Below are positions 1 through 11,877 of a stretch of 64,000 bases of DNA, piece after piece. This stretch comes from Chrysomallon squamiferum. Its lineage: Eukaryota; Animalia; Mollusca. The stretch's first letter is position 1; the number at the start of each line of letters is the position of its first letter. Location: contig CM022666.1 of assembly GCA_012295275.1 (NCBI GenBank), positions 11,160,001-11,224,000 of the forward strand, read 5' to 3'. Made by a program: the position numbers and the translations under genes. The notes beneath the pieces were generated by a model, which made no database searches, was not told where the DNA came from, and worked only from the letters and a program-made list of their open reading frames with translations.

Positions 1-79
1 AATTTTGTCAAATTTTCATCACTAAAATAGTAAATTTTCTAGATGTTGCTACAGAATTAAACGTTCTACGTCCAACTAC

Positions 80-223
80 CTCAAGCTGCTCTTTCAGCTT
101 GGTGATCTCTGACTTGCTTCCATTTATCTCTGACAACACATCTTCTTTAAGTCTGTGACTGTCCTTGGTCTGCTTTGAGTACTTCCTGTACAACTTCTCA
201 TATTCTTTTTTCATCTTCTGTAC
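80..223 (-). CDS. CEP63: CEP63/DEUP1-like centrosomal coiled-coil protein, coding exon 4 (gene continues beyond window start)
   Basis: tgtttag|GTA acceptor, GAG|gtagtt donor, 144 nt phase 0-0; VQKMKKEYEKLYRKY...SEITKLKEQLE resembles the CEP63 'LKRSYEKLQKK...SEIERLTAKIEE' region. Confidence 0.85.
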
Positions 224-587
224 CTAAACATTACAATCTAACAACTCAGCAATGGTATTAAGTATCTTTGGTAAACATATTAATACTTATTCTGTAAACA
301 GGTAAATAGCTTTAGAGTCTATAATTGACATTGTAGAATGTTTGACCGTACCCGATGCAATCATAAATTTAATTTTAACAACTGTACTTACTTAGTGATA
401 TTCTAACAAACACATCATTATAAGAAAATGTATTTAATAATAGAACCAAATTTACCTTTTAATGATTTTTATCATTTTTTATGAGAGGAATAAGCTTGAA
501 GGTGGTTTGATATTTGGTAATATATTTGTTAATATATACAATCAAAATTTGTTCAGTTGTGTTTAAATAAATAATTAATTCATTTAC

Positions 588-683
588 CTCTGATCTTAGT
601 TCTATAAGTTGACCTTCATACTCCTGAACTATTTCCTTCTGCACTTTGTTCATAGACTTCATCTGTTCATGAAGATCTTCATT
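588..683 (-). CDS. CEP63: CEP63/DEUP1-like coding exon 3
   Basis: atgacag|AAT acceptor, GAG|gtaaat donor, 96 nt phase 0-0; NEDLHEQMKSMNKVQKEIVQEYEGQLIELRSE coiled coil, in frame with flanking exons. Confidence 0.85.
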
Positions 684-1202
684 CTGTCATAATAACAATA
701 ATATTATTGACCACAACAACAACAATACATTTTCAATCAACAAAAATTAGAAAAAAAAAAAAAAAAAAAAAGCCAGACAGACTTATACAATTGCTTCAGT
801 TCAGTAAAGATGGGTTAATGATAATTATTATGTTTATTTTGAATAACTGTTTACTCAGACTGGATTCATAGGTGATAGTGACACAGTTTGCAGTTGTAGT
901 ATTAGTGATGGTGACATAGGTAGTATTAGTTTAGTATTAATACTGGTATTAGTAATAGTAGTGGTGGTGGTAGTTATAGAAATAATAACGGTGATACTGG
1001 TAGTAGTAGCTGTGGTAGTGGTAGTGATAGTAACAGTGAGCGTAGCTGTAGTGGTGATATTGGTAGTGACATTAGCAGTAGGTTAACAAAGTATGAAGAA
1101 CACAACACAACCTCATATAATGTTATTAGTAATATTTGCAACAGATTAACAATGTACACCTTTAACAACATGTATACAAAATAAACTGAGAGGAATTATC
1201 AC

Positions 1203-1392
1203 CTCTTTATTTTTGAGTTGTAAAGTAGATGTGTTCAGTCGTAGTTCGTGGTCTCTCATTTCAAGTTTGGCTTGCAGAGCCTCCATGTCTCTATCCCATT
1301 CACGTTTTTTTGAACTCAGCATGATGTCAAGTTGTCTCATCAGTTCTTGTAGCTCTGCTTGACACGACTGAGTCAGAGGACCACTTGGTAAT
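1203..1392 (-). CDS. CEP63: CEP63/DEUP1-like coding exon 2
   Basis: taatcag|A acceptor, GAG|gtgata donor; SCQAELQELMRQLDIMLSSKKREW matches the N-terminal CEP63/Deup1 signature ([24 protein letters not shown]). Confidence 0.92.
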
Positions 1393-1708
1393 CTGATTAC
1401 AAGTAAACAACACACGTTTCACTTTCAAAATGTGTTATTCAGTTAACTAAGTAAGCTGAATTAAATAAATGTAGAGCAATTAAAAACAATAAAAATAAAA
1501 GCAAATGTCATTATTCTTATAAAAAAAGTATTATTCTCTATAACTGCTTAATTTAGAAGATTAACATTAACAAGATGTATGTGTGTTTGTATATATATAT
1601 ACACACAAATACATATACATAAATGATACATACATACATATACATATACATACATATACATGTTGATGTGTATAATTATTACTGTATAGAACAGAAAGAT
1701 GTACAAAC

Positions 1709-1755
1709 TTTTTCTTCTTCTCAAGCTCAGCCCAAATATTTGTTAACTTTTCCAT
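1709..1755 (-). CDS. CEP63: CEP63/DEUP1-like first coding segment MEKLTNIWAELEKKK (exon 1709-1779)
   Basis: Acceptor ttatttttcag before 1779, ATG at 1755, AA|gtttgt donor gives phase 2 that joins in frame to the exon starting at 1392. Confidence 0.72.
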
Positions 1756-2732
1756 TATGATACTTTACAGAAATCAATACTGAAAAATAATAATAAAAAT
1801 AAAAATACTACTGAATTAATATTTTCTCAGTGAGCTAATAAAACTATTTTATTATTGTAATGATAATGTGAGAAACTAAATAAGAAGACATTTCTAGCCT
1901 ACTGTTTTAATAATCAAAATCTATCACTACCTGACAACACCAATATTTGTTATTAAGAAATAACTGAACAATATCAAGATATAAATGATAACGCAATGAA
2001 ATTATGACTATGAAAATTATTGTCAAACTAACAACTGGCATTATTACAACAGTGTTAGTTCTTGCACTTTGAAGTGACTTCAGAAGTTTGGTCTAAAAAT
2101 TTTAGTTTCTAAATAATTATAGCGCTATTAGTATTATTATTAGCCTGTTGTTATTATGAAATATAAACCATTACCTATAAAACATGGGCGTAGCTGCAAT
2201 AAACACATCTTGCAATTTAAAAAGACAATTAAAGTAATAAGTGTGAAACTGCAAAACACTGTAACAAACAATATAATTAATACTAAATCATTGATGTCAA
2301 AGAGACTAATCAGAAACTTGGAATTTGACAAGTTCTTACCTGTCTAAACATGCACAAAACTGAACGAATGAAGAAAATTAACTAATAAATTGTCATATTT
2401 CAGGTGTAAATGTATATCAAAAAATATATAAATTAAGAACAAATAAATTTATACACAAACAATTATTTTTTAAATGTGAATTTTTGTAAATATAAATATT
2501 GAACATCAACTGTTTATCAACTGATATTTCACATTTCTACTCGCGTGCTTAGAAATACGTTATAATAAACGAACGAGTAGTAACCAGTGTATTACGTTTG
2601 TAATCTCCCTTTATTTTGTTGCTAATTTTAATTTCCAATGTTGTGGAGCTTAAAAGAAAATGAAGTCTTTTTAATTCTTATTTTAGACATAGAGGCGTTA
2701 TTGAATAAACCCAAACATGTTTGAAAACTTAC

Positions 2733-2866
2733 TGTCGTAAAGTAATCATGACTATGTATCAAACGTTTTAAAAAATAGATCAGTCAAACACAATCTTGTC
2801 AAGCTCGAGACTTAACTCCGGAAGTATTGACACTGGGGGGTGGATCCATATTTTTTAAAGAAGAAA
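2733..2866. promoter_or_regulatory. Compact bidirectional promoter region CEP63/COMMD2 with ETS motif CCGGAAGT (2818-2825); includes putative CEP63 5'UTR exon ending at 2733
   Basis: Minus-strand donor CGACA|gtaagt at 2733 lies 134 bp from the COMMD2 ATG (2867); perfect CCGGAAGT between them. Confidence 0.6.
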
Positions 2867-2933
2867 ATGTTGCTAGTGTTAGATGACAAACACAAAACAC
2901 ATTTGGAATTTCTTAACAGTGTCAGCAGTGATG
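2867..2933 (+). CDS. COMMD2: COMM domain-containing protein 2, exon 1
   Basis: MLLVLDDKHKTHLEFLNSVSSD resembles the COMMD2 N-terminus MLLELSEEHKEHLAFL; G|gtactt donor phase 1. Confidence 0.9.
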
Positions 2934-4416
2934 GTACTTTTTAACAATATTTTAATAGTTTTCTTTTGAATTTGTTTCAGACGACAAAACTAGTAATTAT
3001 AAATATAATTAAAATGATATTTCAGTAACTGAGTAAGTAATCCCACGACCAGGACTGCAAATCAGAGCAAACAATATTAAATATAACATTATCAACATAT
3101 GTCGATACTGTTTAATATAACCAACAATTAACAACGATTAATAATATGTTCATAAAATTACGCTGTACATTGATATATCCAAATACGGATTATAAATTTA
3201 ATTCAGTGACAGGCTTGGTCAACACTTTCGACTTTGTACCGGGAATTTTTCTTGGCGCTCACCCAAAAAGCAGCAAACGTCCGACACCCACTTATCCAAA
3301 ATTAATGGATTGAAAGGAATCATATAAAATTAGATGTTTTAAACAAATAAAATGTCACATCTATTCAGTATTGATCTATTTTGTGTTCAGTGTACAAATA
3401 CCAGAACATTTCAGTAATTGTATAATAAAAATAAAAATCTCGGTCATTGAGCAACCAATTCAAATAATTTAGAAAGTGTCATTTGCAATTGTTTTCAAAG
3501 TATAATCATAACTGGAACATATACCTTTTTAAATACATATGTACATACTATTAAAAACATTTTTGGGGCCTCCAAGGAAATTTCTCAGTATGCCAGGTCA
3601 GTTTGTTACTGATTAAATATGTTGCACAATAAAAGCTGTCGAAACTTTTTGGATAACATTTTAAAATTGTAATAAAAACAAAACCCACAGATTGTCATAA
3701 ATATATTTAATTTTTTTTTTTTTAAATATATATTTTTTTATTATTTGAAATGTAAAATCTTTAATTAATTTGAAAGAACTGATGTCAAAAGAAGGACATG
3801 GCTTTCAAGATACAATATTGACTAGACATTTTGTTGTCAAAAATATGGTGTGATTGATAGGTTAACTGTCTAAGATCAGATTATCAGACATCAAAGTAAT
3901 TAATGATTTTTAGAAAACAGCTATTCACAGTAAAATGTGTTTTCCGTTTATTCATTGTAGTTTTCATCATTGTTTTAAGTACATTTAGCTAATAGAATTA
4001 CTGAAAAGTTTTAAATGCTAGAATCAAATATACCTGGAGTAAAATGGACATCATATTTAATTATTTTACATCTGGATATAGACCAGATACACTGTTCTAA
4101 TAGAATTACAGAAATATTTTGAGTAAAATTAACATTTTATTTGTTTTGTTTTTCTTCTGGAAACAGATTGGGACTGGGACTGAAATAAAAATATGAATTT
4201 TACTGACAGATCTACAATTTATTGTTAAAGCAAACATTTTATAAAATTACTTTAGTATTAACTGGTTTAGAAATGAACTGATATAAACTGATCTTCCATG
4301 ACACAAAGATAACAAAGACTATTTATCATTAGCTCTTAAACTTTAAGAAAAAATAGAGGTTGATTTACTATCATCAGAAATAAATTATGTAATGTTTTTG
4401 TTTTTGATTTGTACAG

Positions 4417-4494
4417 TTGTTCAAGAATTCTGCAGAATAAGCTTGGAGTTTATTCGTAAGGGAGTTAACCCTAAAGTTTATCAAAAAGCATCGC
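4417..4494 (+). CDS. COMMD2: COMMD2 exon 2
   Basis: gtacag| acceptor, C|gtaagt donor; VVQEFCRISLEFIRKGVNPKVYQKAS. Confidence 0.92.
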
Positions 4495-4695
4495 GTAAGT
4501 AATACTTAACTGAAGATTTGTATGAGAAAATATAGCAAGTTCATTGTAATTTGAAAACATGTTTTGACATTAATATTAATAATGGCGAAAAATAAAATAT
4601 TTTGAATTCACATTTAACAAAAATTAATACAATCAAATAAAAATATTCCTTTTAATTTTCTGTCTAACTAAATGAAACAAATCATTTATTTTCAG

Positions 4696-4778
4696 AAAAA
4701 CTGGATGTTGCCACAGAAACAGTTCAGCATGGAGTTGAAGGCTTGATGTATCTTTTAACTGAAAGTTCTAAACTTCTG
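4696..4778 (+). CDS. COMMD2: COMMD2 exon 3
   Basis: tttcag| acceptor, CTG|gtactg donor; QKLDVATETVQHGVEGLMYLLTESSKLL. Confidence 0.93.
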
Positions 4779-5558
4779 GTACTGAAACATAGCTTTATAT
4801 TTATATATTTTTACATACTACATAAACATATTAGCATAAGCTAGGGAAATTTGAAAAGGAATTTTTATTCCATATTGTCATTTTGTTTTGATGTTAATAT
4901 TTTATCATTATTTTTGTTTGGAAACAAACTAATGATAAAATGTTATGATAAAAGAATGTACATAGAATTAATTATACAAGCTAAGATGATCTCATTATCT
5001 AGGATGTCAAACTTTGATGCAAAAATATACATATTATCCCCAAAAATATATTTAGGATACATTTGGTCTCTATATTTTTTTCAAAATTTAAAATATTTTT
5101 TATTCTGTAATTAAATAATAAAATGATTTAAAAAATTCCAGTAGCCCAAGCCATTAGCCTTTATATTAATTTTATTAAATTTTTTAAAAAATATTATTTT
5201 TACACCCAAGTTATCATTTATTATTCAGAATGACTTGTCACTGTTTATAATAAAGTATGACACATTTAAATGTTGCCATTTTTTCCCTTCACAACTGGAA
5301 TCATGATGCCTCAACTAGAGAAAAATGGCAGAGCCCTGATATTTTTGAAAATAATGTTTTTGTTATTAAAATTATTACTATTTAAGCATGGATAGTAATA
5401 ATAATTTAAAAAATAACAATAATCATAATTAAAAAAAATAAATTGGAAGTGAGTGGAATATAATTTGACTTTTTCTATAGAAGTAAATTTTAAGGCTCTG
5501 TTGGTTGATTATTCATTTTTAATACAATTAAATAAAATGTATGGTTCTTTTTTTACAG

Positions 5559-5732
5559 TTGAATGAAGTTGATTTTCAGGACTCGATTTTAAGTTTAGAG
5601 TTTGATGAAAGTGTTAGAAAAACTCTGCTGGAGATGTATCTTGAGAACAGACGTGAAATTAGGGCCATTCTTAATGAACTGGCAATGGATTTACCACATT
5701 ACCACAATTTAGAATGGCGATTTGATGTCCAG
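5559..5732 (+). CDS. COMMD2: COMMD2 exon 4
   Basis: ttttacag| acceptor, CAG|gtaggt donor; LNEVDFQDSILSL...LPHYHNLEWRFDVQ (start of COMM domain). Confidence 0.95.
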
Positions 5733-6338
5733 GTAGGTTTAATATATTACGATTTCATTTAATTTTATCTGCCATGAAAAGATATTAATAATCTGCTGCA
5801 GTCAGCAATGATAATAATTCAAGTTTTGTAATTTGAAAATGTTTTCATTCTGTTTATTTTTTGCCAAAATGTACTCTAAAATGTGAAATTTTCATAAATT
5901 CTTCATGTTAAGTGATAAAAAAACCCTTCTTGTGTTCATATTTTTAACAGTGGCCCATGTAGGTCATTTGTTTTTAGCATCAGAAATTCTTGTTTATAAA
6001 GTTTATACCAGTTTTAATTAATTAATTCTGAGTGTTAATTAATACATTTTATTTTGTTTTTATTAATTTTACATCACTTTCAGCACATATCATTTTATAG
6101 TTTAATTTGTGTTAATTGATTACATAAAGTTTAAATTTATGTTATCTCAGTTTTATGGAATTACATCAATTTAATTTAATCTAATATCAATTATTTAACT
6201 ATAAATGTTTTAAATTACATTAATTTCAAATAATTTAATTTCAGCCTTAGAATTACATGAATTTCACAAATATTATTTCAGTTTTATCTGGTTTTATTTC
6301 AATTTCAAATTTTTATTTTCATTTTAATTTAATTTCAG

Positions 6339-6536
6339 CTTGGAAGTAGATCACTAAGACGACAGATAACTCCACAGATTTTGTTCAAGTTACACACAGA
6401 AGACTCAGGAAATGTAGAAACTCATGTGTTACAAACTGATCCAGTCAATTTACTTCATATGACAAAAGTTTTGGATGACGCCCTACAAGAAATGAAATCT
6501 GCTTATTGCAGACGGATTGTGCGAAATATTAAATAA
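6339..6536 (+). CDS. COMMD2: COMMD2 exon 5 (terminal)
   Basis: tttcag| acceptor; LGSRSLRRQITP...LQTDPVNLLHMTKVLDDALQEMKSAYCRRIVRNIK*; the five exons total 600 nt = 199 aa + stop. Confidence 0.95.
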   Translation, partial: LGSRSLRRQITPQILFKLHTEDSGNVETHVLQTDPVNLLHMTKVLDDALQEMKSAYCRRIVRNIK

Positions 6537-7840
6537 AATATTTAAATTCATGAAACCAGGGGTAATACTTTATTACACACATTCTCTTAATAGTAAAACA
6601 GCACTGGTATATCCAGACATGTTATCAAGTTGGTAAAAACAGTTGTGAAGATTTATTAAGTATGTGTTGTGCTGTTGTAAAGCAGATAAACAGCTCTGTC
6701 AAAAATACTAGGTATGTTTTTTTTAATTTTCTTAATATAACCAGTTCAAATAGATATAAAACAGAAGATTCATCAGTTTTCTAAAAGACACAATTCATTG
6801 CTCACAAGTAGTTTACATCAAGCAGTATTATGACATAACATACAATTTTATTTCCATTAAATATATTTTAGCATTATTGGAATGGCATTTTTTTTTCTCC
6901 AGAATTTTCATCACCAAAAATCTGATGGTTGTAGTGTTTGATGTTAAAATGCTAATTAAAACAATGTATCCTTAGTTGTGGTAAAGTAAAATTCAAAAAG
7001 AAAATTGTAGAATTATGTTAATTAAATGAAAATTTAAAAACAATACAGAATTTTTCAGCTGTTTTTTTTTTTTTTTTTTTTGAAAGCAATTGACAAGACT
7101 TCCCTATAGAAGCAAGTTTATTAAAAAAAACATGTTTCAACAATTCACATATTGGTCATAAATGAAAATCATGAATTCATTAATTATTAAACAGCAATTT
7201 TATTTTTATTTTTTAATATGAAAGAACTTTATATCCTACACCTTTTCTATTAGTGTTGTTACATGTAAGAGAGTGTAACTTTACTACTTATGTTTTTTTT
7301 AAACTATGGCAATGAACAAGGACTTAAGTACAAGTCACAAAGCTTTACATTAATATGCCGTTTTCAATTCAGAAGTCAGTAATTAAAAATGATTTTCAAA
7401 CTGAGCTCTAATCTATTGGGAAAACTTTCATTTTCTGGTCTCAGAAAATTAAAAATGATAAATACTGATATTTAAGCTTTTTGATCAAAAGCTTTATTAA
7501 TTTATATATATATAAAACCTAAAATAAAATTAAAAAAGTAATGGTAAAACAATAATAATAATGATCATAAAATTTATTCAAATGATTAAAAAAAACATCA
7601 ATTCATTCATCAAAAACAATAAAAACTGTCTTTTTGTGTGAAATTGAACACTGATGAAACATTCAACAACTAACAGGAACTTTCTTTACTTTGTTTTTCT
7701 TTTACATTTAAAAATGTCATCCACCAAAGCTTGGCTTAGCAGATTTATGTTTGGCAAGTGATATCTATTTGTGTCTTAACAGAGTGTTGTATTGTAGGTG
7801 TTTATTGTCAACTGTTACAATTTTGTTTTGTGCTGTCTTG

Positions 7841-7999
7841 TTATTTCTTTCCTTCCACCATTATAACATGATAACCAAACTTTGTTTTCACTGGTGGGTC
7901 AGTGTAATTGGGTTTATCAGTTGTACTAGTGGGAAGAGCAAATGCTGCATCTTGAAATGGTCCAACCATGCTTCCACGGGTCATCCATCCTAGGTCACC
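7841..7999 (-). CDS. PIN4: Parvulin-type peptidyl-prolyl isomerase PIN4 (Par14), terminal coding exon
   Basis: tttcag|GGT acceptor; [23 protein letters not shown]...[19 protein letters not shown]. Confidence 0.96.
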   Translation of the reverse strand, partial: GDLGWMTRGSMVGPFQDAAFALPTSTTDKPNYTDPPVKTKFGYHVIMVEGKK

Positions 8000-8399
8000 C
8001 TGAAATGGATCAAAGTTCAACATGAATAAATTAAAGGCAGTTCTGAACATACCACAATATACAGAAATCATGAAATATAAATATTTATGTTCAAACTGTG
8101 CATGTGTGTGCATACATCCTCCAACAGAAAAAGCATTTGAAATAGGGACATAAATGCTAAGATAATAATCATAATTAATTAATTGCATTCACTGTTTATA
8201 ATAAAATAACTAAATATTGTAAATGACAGAATTTTTAAACAATGAGAACCTTATTTTTTTAACCTGGGTACAAAGAAATCACTTTCTAAAACAGCATACT
8301 TCCTCTTTAACAAAAAAAAAGAGAAAAAAAGAAGGAAAGACAACAATAGCAATATAACACTAACAACTGATGACCATTTAATAACAAACAGAAAATTAC

Positions 8400-9550
8400 A
8401 AATTCTTATGTGTCTCATACAGAACATAATCACATTTTGTAAAAAGACACTTGACCTTTTAAAACTAATTTCCAGTACTATCAAACAACAAAACACTAAT
8501 TCTAATATAAAAAGCTTGAATATAGACCCACAACCTATTCTAATGAACCTGAACCCCTGGCCTATGAAAAGAAGTAGACAATCCACTGGCCTTAGAATAA
8601 CTGGACATTTTAAATTACACACACCTGACAGTTTCCTGTTGGAATATAATACACGTCATTAAAATATAGCTAATAAATCTACAGCTAATAAAGTTAAATA
8701 TGTGATTATGTTCTGTTTTCCCACTTAAAAAAAAAAAAAAAAAAAAAATTCTTAGCAACATATACACATATACACTCATGGGCCCAAAAACCAGACAATG
8801 GAAAAGTGGGGTTTGATTTCACATCTGAAAACTACCAATAAACTCAGCAATATACAATCTGGCCATCTTAGAAATCACCTCTTAGTATACACTGCAGAAC
8901 TGGTTGCCTATATCAGGGCTGTTTTGGGTCATTCAACAATAACAAACCGACTGTCATATTCTCCAACAGCCTTAACTCTGTAAATCAATCTAATTTGGAC
9001 ATTCCACCAGACCAGACCTATTCAGTAACATCTTCACAAATAAATATTACATAGTATATAACAACAAACAAATTAATCATTGAGTACAAGTTGGTATTAT
9101 AGGAAATGAACTTGCTGATCACTATGCCTAAGAATAACTTAATATCATAGACAAAGATATCTGTACTGACATACACTCAGGGAACACATAAAATTGCACC
9201 CAAATAATGGCATAATGAATAGAATAACACCAAAAACATCTGGTTCTTTAATATTAAGCCACTTAACCAAACCACCAAAATCACACTTAGTAAAAAATTA
9301 CATAACAACAATCTTACCAAACTTGGAATTAGTTATTTCACCAATCTAAACACAACCCAATTTAATACAAAATAGATTTTCTGTCTGAATTATGCCAATG
9401 ACTGTCTAATGTTAGATGACACATTCAATAAATTAAAAAATGAATTACCCCTAAAAATATCTTGGCACTGACAATGAAAAACAGAGACAATCCTTGCTGC
9501 TGTGACAACTTACATCATCAGCACAAAATACAAACTTTGATTCAGACAAA
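8400..9550 (+). mobile_element. Decayed non-LTR retrotransposon 3' region with RNase H domain (I/Nimb/Ingi-like clade), in PIN4 intron
   Basis: Frameshifted RNase H motifs in correct order: IYT(H/D)G.K ~8770, VYTAELVA ~8885, IFSNSLNSV ~8957, VGIIGNELADHYA ~9090; PW motif ~8556 upstream; boundaries approximate. Confidence 0.65.
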
Positions 9551-10821
9551 TAAACAGTCACAAATGATTAATTAAATAGATGCAAAAACATAAGATAAAA
9601 TAAAACAATCACATACAATTTCAAAAAATAAAAATAAAACGATTTCAACATAACAAACAAAACAATAATGCAAAACAAGTAAATTAATTAAACAACAAAA
9701 AGGACAAACTGCACGAGAACAACACACTCTTGTGTCTTGTCAGGCACAACAAGAACCCTTCTTTTCCCTCTGCCAACTCTTTTCTGCAACAGACACACCA
9801 CCTGGCTTTGTCAGAGAGTGTGACTGCTGCAAGGGTGCTTCACAACAGATTGCTCTGATTAGCACATTCTTTTTCATTTACTCAATCATGTAATTAGGTG
9901 AAAGCAAAACGTGATAGCCAGTGGTCATGTGGGGAACCAATGTTAGTAAATGGCATTTTCTTTATGTAAGAGTTTGGTAAGCCACTGTCTTTTCTTTCTT
10001 TGATGCAGATTACTATTTTTATATTAGCTCCCCGAATGACATTAGCTCGTATCGTCATTAGAAACAGATAATTAAATTTTTATTTTACAGGTAGCTGTAT
10101 TGTGTATTAGTATTATTTTTACCATAATTAAATAGTTAATATACCTTAACTCGTTGTGATTATTTCTGTAGAGGAAAGACAGTGGTCCTGTGACAGAAGT
10201 CTGCTTCCCATTTCTTGTGTGTGGGAAGATGCATACAAAACAACTCTCACTGCTGATTACTAAAAAGTACTTGACTCAGGAGACTGTCTACTTTTAAAAA
10301 TTATTTGTTACCTGGAAGGTAAGTGATGGAACCCTTTCATGTCTGTGTTGTTTTATGTATGCTGATAATGGGGATTTAAACACTTATGGTAGTGAGTGTC
10401 AAATGTTGAGTAAATTAATGTCACCAAAATTCATACTGAAATGAACGATAAACACCATGTGTAATCTCTGATTAATTATCTTCTACATCTCTTCTATATG
10501 GTTACAGCACAAAGCAGATGCCCTGCTTCTGAGCCAAGGAGAGGTTTCTCAAGCACGTAAATTTGCCTGACACGATATAGTTTGAAAATGATAAAATAGA
10601 GAAAGCGCTCTTATATATGTTTTTACAACTGTACACAAGGAAGGATAGGTTCAAAATACATGGTTTAAATTAACCAATCGTTGTGAAATATCGAATGTTC
10701 TAGAATGTTGGTGAATTTCCACTATGTGAAAATTTAGGTGAAAGGTTAAGTTGAAAGTTCATAATTATTTCATAATGTTATTATATGAAAGACTAAAAGT
10801 TTTAAAACAGTATGTTTCGAA

Positions 10822-10995
10822 GTCGATAGCACAATGGTTAGTGCACTCAGTTATCAACTGGACGATGCAGGTTCAATCTCTGTCAGTGAGGAGACACTGC
10901 ATGGTGTAGTGGTAACATTGTGCCTTGGTGGGCACAGCTGGAAGTTCTGTTCCCCTGTAAGTTACTGATCCGACCACTTTTGATAAAGTAAATAC
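10822..10995 (+). mobile_element. tRNA-derived SINE (Pol III A and B boxes) in PIN4 intron
   Basis: A box TAGCACAATGG 10827-10837 and B box GGTTCAATCTC 10870-10880 at tRNA-like spacing, followed by a non-tRNA body; no clean cloverleaf; 3' end approximate. Confidence 0.6.
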
Positions 10996-11293
10996 TTCTT
11001 TGTTCTTCTTCTAGGTGTTGTTACGGTAATCTGGTAATGAAGACACAGAAATAAAGTCACGGGTGTCTTAAGACCATCTACATTATGACTTACAATTTGT
11101 CATGGCATATTTTCTATGACGGTGAAAGTTTTGTGATGAAGTTACCTGAAGAAAACACGTGAAGACGCTCACCTGAAAAAAAACACACCTGAAAACACAA
11201 CAATGGACTGTTCATGCCCATGCTGACCTCTACAAATGCATGCACACACACTGACATACACACATACAAACACACATGCACACAGACATTTAC

Positions 11294-11413
11294 CCCTTGT
11301 CTAGCTTTGTCTTCACTGTATTGAGCTGCCACTTCATTGAACTTCATCCCACTCTTGATTTTTTCTATTGCTTCAAGAGCTTTAGACTGTTTTTCACACA
11401 AAATGTGTCTCAC
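11294..11413 (-). CDS. PIN4: PIN4 coding exon 2
   Basis: tttaag|GTG acceptor, GGG|gtaaat donor; [40 protein letters not shown]. Confidence 0.96.
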
Positions 11414-11751
11414 CTTAAATATGAAATCAAAAAGATTGTAAATATCACACTCACACACACATATACAAACATTTTGAATAAAAAAATATTTGTGATAAGG
11501 GTTTTTTTCAGAATTAGCTTACTATTTAACTGAATCAAAAGATCTAAAATGTATTACTGCTTCCTCTAATTATGTGTTATACTGCTACAGGTATGCTTTA
11601 AATGCACTTTGTATCATTAATCGTCATAAAAGAATGTTTTGGATATTTATATATTCAAACAAACAGTTATAAATGCATAGACTACAGTTGACAAACAAGC
11701 ATAGAGTATTATTACAGTAAAGTCTGTACCATCTTTTAGAGTGAGGCTTAC

Positions 11752-11877
11752 CTTAACTGCAGTTCCACCCTTTGCTTGTTTTCCATCCCCTTTTCCACTG
11801 CCACTATCACCCTTGGAACTGTCCTTACCTCCTTTAGCACCTCCTTTTGCTCCACCTCCTACCTTATTTTTCGGCAT
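11752..11877 (-). CDS. PIN4: PIN4 coding exon 1
   Basis: MPKNKVGGGAKGG...AKGGTAVK basic Gly/Lys N-terminus typical of Par14; AAG|gtaagc donor; total 134 aa. Confidence 0.94.

Noticed and set aside
10822-10895. Functional tRNA gene
   Set aside because: Acceptor and anticodon stems do not pair cleanly and a SINE-like body follows
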